Shown piece after piece: positions 58,928-64,000 of a DNA stretch of 64,000 nucleotides. Source of the DNA: Candidatus Moraniibacteriota bacterium (GTDB lineage Bacteria > Patescibacteriota > Minisyncoccia > Moranbacterales > UBA1568). The stretch lies in assembly GCA_016699875.1 (NCBI GenBank), contig CP064989.1:949332-1013331 (forward strand). The letters run 5' to 3'. The notes beneath the pieces are model-generated. The model was not told the origin of the DNA. It did no database searches and saw nothing but the letters and a program-made list of their open reading frames with translations. How positions within the stretch are numbered: the first letter of the stretch is position 1; each line of letters begins with the position of its first letter. The position numbers were made by a program, and so were the translations under genes.

Positions 58928-60082
58928 ATGAAAATCGGGATTGATATCCGCTGCCTTATCGGAGGGAAACGGACAGGCGTTGAAGAATATACGTTGGAAT
59001 TGCTGGAACATCTCTTTGCGACGGATCGCGAGAACGAGTATGTTCTTTTTTGGAGTGCGTGGAACTTGCCGGATTGTCCTCTTGACTGGGATCGGCGCTT
59101 CCCGAATGTCCGGCTCGTTTCATTTAAAATTCCGAACAAGCTATTGAACTTCTGTCTCTGGTATTTCCGCTTTCCGCATCTTGACCGGCTTATTGGCAAT
59201 GTCGATGTCTTCTTCATGCCAAATTTGAATTTCGCGGCGTTTTCTCGAAAAGTGCGAGTGGTGCTCACGGCACACGATGTGTCTTTCGAACGTTGTTCCG
59301 AGACATTCTCATGGAAACGACGACTGTGGCATTCGTTTGTGAATTTTCGCCGGCTGGCGCTTCGAGCAGACAGAATAATCGCCGTGTCGCAATCGACTGG
59401 TGATGATGTCATTGAAGCAATTGGCGTATCTCCGAAGTCGGTGAATGTTATACGAAGCGGCATATCGGAACGATTCCGCCGGATGGATCGGAATGATTCC
59501 GCGCTGCTTGAGGTGAAGCGGCGATACGGTCTGCCATACCGCTTCGTTCTTTTTGTCGGAACGATCGAACCCCGGAAGAATATCGTGTCGCTTGCCAGCG
59601 CTTTCGATTCTCTGGTTGCGAATGGTGAAGCACTGGACTACGATCTGGTTATCGCCGGGACCAATGGTTGGAAATGTCGCAATATATTGGAGACGATAGA
59701 CACGCTTCCATCGCGTTCGCGCATTCATCTTACGGGATTTGTGCGTGATGATGACAAACCGGCACTCTATACTCTCTCAAGTATTTTCGTTTTTCCGTCA
59801 CTTTATGAAGGGTTTGGATTCCCCGCGCTCGAAGCGGCGGCGTGTGGCGTTCCGGTTATTGCCTCGAATACGTCGTCTTTTCCTGAGACGATCGGCGCCG
59901 GCGCCATTTTAGTCGATCCCTTGCGCCCGGATGATCTCGAGCGCGCTCTGCGGGAATTGCTCCGGGACAAATCACTTCGAGATGAGGTGGCAAGGCGAGG
60001 AGAGGAATGTGCGCTGAAATTCAGATGGGCAGATGCTGCCCGGAAAACACTCGGCGTGTTTCGAGATGCTGCTCGTTATTAG
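58928..60082 (+). CDS. Family 4 (group 1) glycosyltransferase
   Basis: EGFGFPALEAAACGVPVIASN (EX7E-like motif region). Confidence 0.8.
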   Translation: MKIGIDIRCLIGGKRTGVEEYTLELLEHLFATDRENEYVLFWSAWNLPDCPLDWDRRFPNVRLVSFKIPNKLLNFCLWYFRFPHLDRLIGNVDVFFMPNLNFAAFSRKVRVVLTAHDVSFERCSETFSWKRRLWHSFVNFRRLALRADRIIAVSQSTGDDVIEAIGVSPKSVNVIRSGISERFRRMDRNDSALLEVKRRYGLPYRFVLFVGTIEPRKNIVSLASAFDSLVANGEALDYDLVIAGTNGWKCRNILETIDTLPSRSRIHLTGFVRDDDKPALYTLSSIFVFPSLYEGFGFPALEAAACGVPVIASNTSSFPETIGAGAILVDPLRPDDLERALRELLRDKSLRDEVARRGEECALKFRWADAARKTLGVFRDAARY

Positions 60083-60191
60083 CTCATGAGTCTGCTTCTC
60101 CGGGGTGGAGTTGCTTCTTCTGGGGAGATCGGTTTATAGTAAGAAGTGCTGTTATCGGACCCTCTTGGTTTCTTGTTGTCAAACTGGTTCT

Positions 60192-60746
60192 ATGGTACGG
60201 AAAAAATGCATTGCATTCCTTGGCATGCCCGGAAGTGGCAAGACAGAGGCTATTTCCTATGCGCAGGAGAAATATTCTTGTCCGAAGGTATATTTCGGTC
60301 AAATAACATTCGACGAAATGAGGAAACGGAAGCTTGAACCGACGCAGGCGAATGAACGTCTGGTTCGCGAGGAGCTGCGCGACACATTCGGCGAAGATTA
60401 CTATGCGCAAGAGATTGTCAGACGAATCGAAGGACTGGGAGATGTTCCCTTGGTACTTATTGAGAGCCTGTATAGCTGGACGGAGTATGAAGTGTTGAAA
60501 AAGAGATTCGGGGATCAATTTTGTACAGTTACTATTCATGCGGCGCCCGCTGTCCGGTATGCTCGGCTTGCACAGAGAAAGGAGCGTCCGCTCGGTCAAG
60601 AAGAAGCCGAATCCCGTGATATCGCCCAACTGAAACGGCTTGATCAGGGTATGCCCATCGCTCTTTCAGACAGAGTGATCGAGAACGATAGCACGGTGGA
60701 CATACTGCATGAGCGTATTGATGCCGTGATGAGATACATGCTCTGA
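60192..60746 (+). CDS. P-loop NTPase, small nucleotide-kinase-like protein
   Basis: IAFLGMPGSGKTEA Walker A; size and layout like AAA_17/18 kinases. Confidence 0.45.
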   Translation: MVRKKCIAFLGMPGSGKTEAISYAQEKYSCPKVYFGQITFDEMRKRKLEPTQANERLVREELRDTFGEDYYAQEIVRRIEGLGDVPLVLIESLYSWTEYEVLKKRFGDQFCTVTIHAAPAVRYARLAQRKERPLGQEEAESRDIAQLKRLDQGMPIALSDRVIENDSTVDILHERIDAVMRYML

Positions 60747-60869
60747 ATGCTTCGTTGAGAAGTTGAAAACGGTGTTTTTTGCTGTTGCTTATAGAATGCG
60801 GAGCATGTGAGGTGGGAGGAGAAATACTTGGAAATTTCTTTATTTGTCTGTTTATATTGACATTTTGTA

Positions 60870-60996
60870 TTGACAAATTTCTTGATATGAGGTAGCCTCC
60901 AAATACAAAAACAAAAAGGTGGAATGCATTTGCACCTTCCCAATTCGTGTGTGCGCCGACGGTGGCGTTCTGCGTGGGAAGGTTTTGTTTTTTTGA
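60870..60996 (+). promoter_or_regulatory. Candidate promoter (TTGACA-N17-TAGCCT) plus structured leader ending in an 8-bp GC-clamped hairpin and U-run upstream of the 61066 gene
   Basis: ttgaca 60870-60875; ccttccca(60935-42)...tgggaagg(60975-82) followed by ttttgtttttttg. Confidence 0.3.
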
Positions 60997-61065
60997 AACG
61001 TTTCCTTGGTAAATAACGCAGAACGTCATTGGGGCGTTCACAATCTGGACCTAAGGAGGTCTGCT

Positions 61066-62025
61066 ATGAGAAAGTTTATCTTGGCGGTGATTGCCGCTTC
61101 AGCTTTGCTGGCTTCGGGATTGGCTGGTGCTTATGAACTCAGTCCGCCAATCGTGAGTGCGAGCGAATTTTTGTCTGGCGTCGTTCAGCAAGTAGAGAAG
61201 AGCAAGCGCGCATTAGCGGCGGAAGACTTCCCGCCAATTTCCACGTACCAGCTCAATGGACAGGCCTACTGGTATATGTTGCCCAGTGAGCAGTGTACCT
61301 ATGGTGGGTATCCAACAGTAGATGAGTTAACGGTTCTTTTGAAAGATCCGTCGGCTCCGCTTCTGACCGAAGATGGACCATTGGCGCTGATCCATTGTCC
61401 GGACGAAGACATCATTGTCCGCGTCGAGAAAGGTCCATACCAAGAACTCCTCCAGGAATATGCTGCTCCGGATGAGTCAACGGTCGAGAGGGATGGGAAG
61501 GTATTCTCAGTTACTCTCTCGAGCTGGCCGCTTCGGAATAGCTACGGGTACGGAGGAACCGTACTCAGCGCGGCCTATGTGGTGGCGACAAATATAGACG
61601 ATGGGATTCAACTCACGCATAATGGGGCGGAAGCGTTCGTTACGATGACTCCTCAAAAGCTCTTTGAGCTGACGGGATTGTCAACGGAAGATCTGCCATG
61701 TCAGGCGGGAGCAAAGGTTTCATTGTCATTGATAGCTCTCTTGAATCAAGCGAGCTATTCCCCCGAGAAAACAGGAGATGCATACGTTTCCACTTCGCTC
61801 AAAGATCTCCTGCAAGGAAAGAAGGTTTCATTGATGATTCCACTGAATCGAGAGGGTTATTTCCCCGGGGAAACAGGAGATGCATACGTTTCCACGCTGC
61901 TGAGAGATCTCCTGCAAGGAAAGAAAGTTAACATAAGGGATCGAGCTAAACCGGTATCATGTAACGGTGGTCTATACAACGTGCTGAGTCCCGTTTTCTC
62001 TTCGGGGAGCGATGGATCCAGCTGA
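61066..62025 (+). CDS. Secreted hypothetical protein (signal peptide) with an internal 102-bp tandem duplication
   Basis: MRKFILAVIAASALLASGLAGA; strong RBS TAAGGAGGT; repeats PEKTGDAYVSTSLKDLLQGKKV / PGETGDAYVSTLLRDLLQGKKV. Confidence 0.5.
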   Translation: MRKFILAVIAASALLASGLAGAYELSPPIVSASEFLSGVVQQVEKSKRALAAEDFPPISTYQLNGQAYWYMLPSEQCTYGGYPTVDELTVLLKDPSAPLLTEDGPLALIHCPDEDIIVRVEKGPYQELLQEYAAPDESTVERDGKVFSVTLSSWPLRNSYGYGGTVLSAAYVVATNIDDGIQLTHNGAEAFVTMTPQKLFELTGLSTEDLPCQAGAKVSLSLIALLNQASYSPEKTGDAYVSTSLKDLLQGKKVSLMIPLNREGYFPGETGDAYVSTLLRDLLQGKKVNIRDRAKPVSCNGGLYNVLSPVFSSGSDGSS

Positions 62026-62189
62026 TGCTCGAAGCTTTTTTGTATAGTTGGGTGAGGATGGCGCAATGCTTTCTTCACCCGTTTTTTATTGAAGAGTTTA
62101 CTTTTTTGAGGAATTTTGTTTATATACGAAGTGGAAGTACAAGTCGTTGCTGTTTTGCTGCAAGTGACATACCCGTTTGTTTTGTTGCT

Positions 62190-63671
62190 ATGAAATACAT
62201 TCCGGTTATCGGCATGGAAGTGCATGTCGAGCTGAAAACGAAATCAAAGATGTTCTGTTCGTGTCCGAACGGGCAGGGGCTGGAGAAGGAACCGAATACA
62301 CATATTTGCCCTGTGTGCACGGGGCAGCCGGGGACGCTCCCGGTACCGAATCGCGCTGCGATTGAATCGGTGCAACGGGCGGGACTCGCACTCGGCTGTT
62401 CGCTTCGATTGGAATCGAAATTCGATCGCAAGAACTATTTCTACCCCGATCTCCCAAAGGGGTACCAGATATCGCAGTATGACAAGCCGCTTTGCGAGGC
62501 TGGCGCACTCGTGATTGATGGCAAAACGTTTCGCGTGACGCGCATTCATCTCGAAGAAGATACGGGAAAGCTCTCTCATGCAACGGGCGGCAGCAAGGCG
62601 ACATTGGTTGATTTCAATCGTGCCGGGGTGCCGCTTATGGAGCTGGTGACGGAGCCGGACTTCGAGAGCGGCAAGGAAGCGCGCGCGTTTTGTCAGCGGC
62701 TCCGGCAGATTCTCCGCTATATCGGTATTTCCGATGCGGACATGGAGAAGGGACAGATGCGGTGCGAGGTGAATATTTCTCTCTACAAAGAAGGTGAGGA
62801 TCGCTTGAGCGGAACGAAAGTCGAGATAAAAAACCTCAACTCCTTCCGTTCGGTTGAACGCGCGGCTGACTATGAAATTGTGCGTCAAACAGAAGTCTTG
62901 CAGGAGGGAAAAAAGGTGACGCAAGAGACGCGCGGATGGGACGAGTCACGCGGCGCAACCGTGTCTCAGCGAGCGAAGGAATCGGCGCATGATTACCGAT
63001 ATTTCCCGGAGCCGGATATTCCCGCGCTGGTATTTTCGGAAGAACATGTTGAAATGCTCCGCCGGAGTCTCCCCGAGCTTCCGGAGGCAAAAGAGACTCG
63101 ATTTGTCGAGGAATTCGGACTGCCGAAAGCGGATGCGGTGGCATTGGTTTCCGAACGAGATATCGCCGATTATTTCGAACAAGTGACGAGCGAACTTCTT
63201 GAAAAGAAAGCTTCGGGAGAGGCAAAGAGCGATGCAAAAAAGCTCTTGAAATTGGCAGCAAACTATTTTCTTACCGAGACGCGGAAGTTCCTCTCCGAAA
63301 ATGGAAATGATATGCGAAGCGTTCTTGTGACGCCGGAAAACTATGCGGAATTTATTGGGTTGGTAGCGGATGGCGCGGTCAATTCGAGCGGCGCGCAGAC
63401 GGTGCTTGCCGAGATGATGAAGGGTGGCGATAGCGATCCGTCGCATATCGTCGAACGACTCGGGTTGACACAGACCAATGACGAAGAATCCATCGTTGCC
63501 TTTGCGGAGGAGGCTCTTGCTGCCAATCAGAAGTCGGTTGATGACTACCGGAGTGGCAAGGAAAACGCGCTCCAGTTTCTTGTTGGCCAAGTGATGAAGC
63601 TCTCCAAAGGAAAAGCCAACCCGGAAATGGCTCGCGAAGTGCTCCTCAAGAAACTGAAGGAGAAAATTTGA
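62190..63671 (+). CDS. gatB: Asp-tRNA(Asn)/Glu-tRNA(Gln) amidotransferase subunit B
   Basis: MKYIPVIGMEVHVELKTKSKMFCSC..., C-terminal GatB/YqeY domain. Confidence 0.9.
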   Translation: MKYIPVIGMEVHVELKTKSKMFCSCPNGQGLEKEPNTHICPVCTGQPGTLPVPNRAAIESVQRAGLALGCSLRLESKFDRKNYFYPDLPKGYQISQYDKPLCEAGALVIDGKTFRVTRIHLEEDTGKLSHATGGSKATLVDFNRAGVPLMELVTEPDFESGKEARAFCQRLRQILRYIGISDADMEKGQMRCEVNISLYKEGEDRLSGTKVEIKNLNSFRSVERAADYEIVRQTEVLQEGKKVTQETRGWDESRGATVSQRAKESAHDYRYFPEPDIPALVFSEEHVEMLRRSLPELPEAKETRFVEEFGLPKADAVALVSERDIADYFEQVTSELLEKKASGEAKSDAKKLLKLAANYFLTETRKFLSENGNDMRSVLVTPENYAEFIGLVADGAVNSSGAQTVLAEMMKGGDSDPSHIVERLGLTQTNDEESIVAFAEEALAANQKSVDDYRSGKENALQFLVGQVMKLSKGKANPEMAREVLLKKLKEKI

Positions 63672-63753
63672 CAGATTGATTCCGAAGCGTACAATAGACG
63701 GCAATGAATCCGAAGCGGAAAATTTGCGGAGGAGTTTTGAGAAAAGCGTGAAA

Positions 63754-63777
63754 GTCGCCCCTTGGGGCGATTTTTTT
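63754..63777 (+). terminator. Rho-independent terminator after gatB
   Basis: tcgcccc-ttg-gggcga followed by ttttttt. Confidence 0.7.
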
Positions 63778-63819
63778 GTATCTTAACAACTTTTTTGTAT
63801 GGGAACCGGAGGTGTTTGT

Positions 63820-64000
63820 ATGAGTGATTTTCGTGAAGTGCTCGCTGCTTTGCTGGGAGGGGAAGAACATGTGCCGCTTGAATTTCCGGAGTTTCAACCG
63901 AATATCTGGTGGCACAAAGGGGTAGATTTCCTTACCTACGAAACGCGAGATTGCTCATATGTTCGAGAGTCATTTGGCTGGTATTGTTCGGTACTTTTGG
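63820..64000 (+). CDS. 5' end of a hypothetical protein (runs off the window)
   Basis: ATG 63820 after a GGAGGTG RBS; MSDFREVLAALLGGEEH... Confidence 0.35.
   Translation, partial: MSDFREVLAALLGGEEHVPLEFPEFQPNIWWHKGVDFLTYETRDCSYVRESFGWYCSVLL

Noticed and set aside
1-64000. Genome-wide alternative genetic code (UGA=Gly, table 25) suggested by the ddl TGA
   Set aside because: All other conserved genes in 64 kb are intact under the standard code and several clearly terminate with TGA, so only a local event at ddl is supported
1-64000. CRISPR array / cas genes
   Set aside because: No series of regularly spaced short direct repeats found; the only repeats are the two IS copies, the tpiA remnant, a 102-bp tandem duplication and palindromic hairpins

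Overview
This 64-kb window looks like a CPR/Parcubacteria-like bacterial chromosome at roughly 50% GC. The evidence for that placement is the tuf-S10-spc ribosomal cluster without an L30 gene and the many small membrane-anchored hypothetical proteins. Main content: a complete tuf-rpsJ...rplO-secY-adk-map ribosomal operon, core genes (uvrB, recA, pyk, htpX, lemA, ruvX, tpiA, fba, gap, trxB, gatB, malic enzyme, galT), two tRNAs (Ser-CGA, Arg-UCG), and several accessory patches. Most notable points: (i) two near-identical copies of an ~848-bp IS5-family element with perfect 18-bp inverted ends and 3-bp TNA target duplications; copy 2 splits a secreted M23-peptidase/CARDB-repeat gene whose frame is restored exactly by in-silico excision, and copy 2 carries a +1 T in the transposase T7/A7 run; (ii) a ddl gene interrupted by one in-frame TGA exactly at the conserved Gly of the HGxxGEDG motif; (iii) an 842-aa fusion of an unassigned ~420-aa PP-loop-like domain to a complete MurD-type ligase (candidate MurL/MurD2-type D-Glu module); (iv) a RhuM-Doc(Fic-like) fusion gene; (v) AT-rich islands, one carrying a diverged 5' remnant of tpiA, another replacing the expected infA/alpha-operon after map with three paralogous membrane-anchored proteins driven by a recurring GGTGCTTGACAA-N17-TAnAnT promoter; (vi) a 127-bp palindromic MITE/REP-like element, structured intergenic hairpins, and a candidate structured leader. 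No CRISPR array or rRNA was seen.
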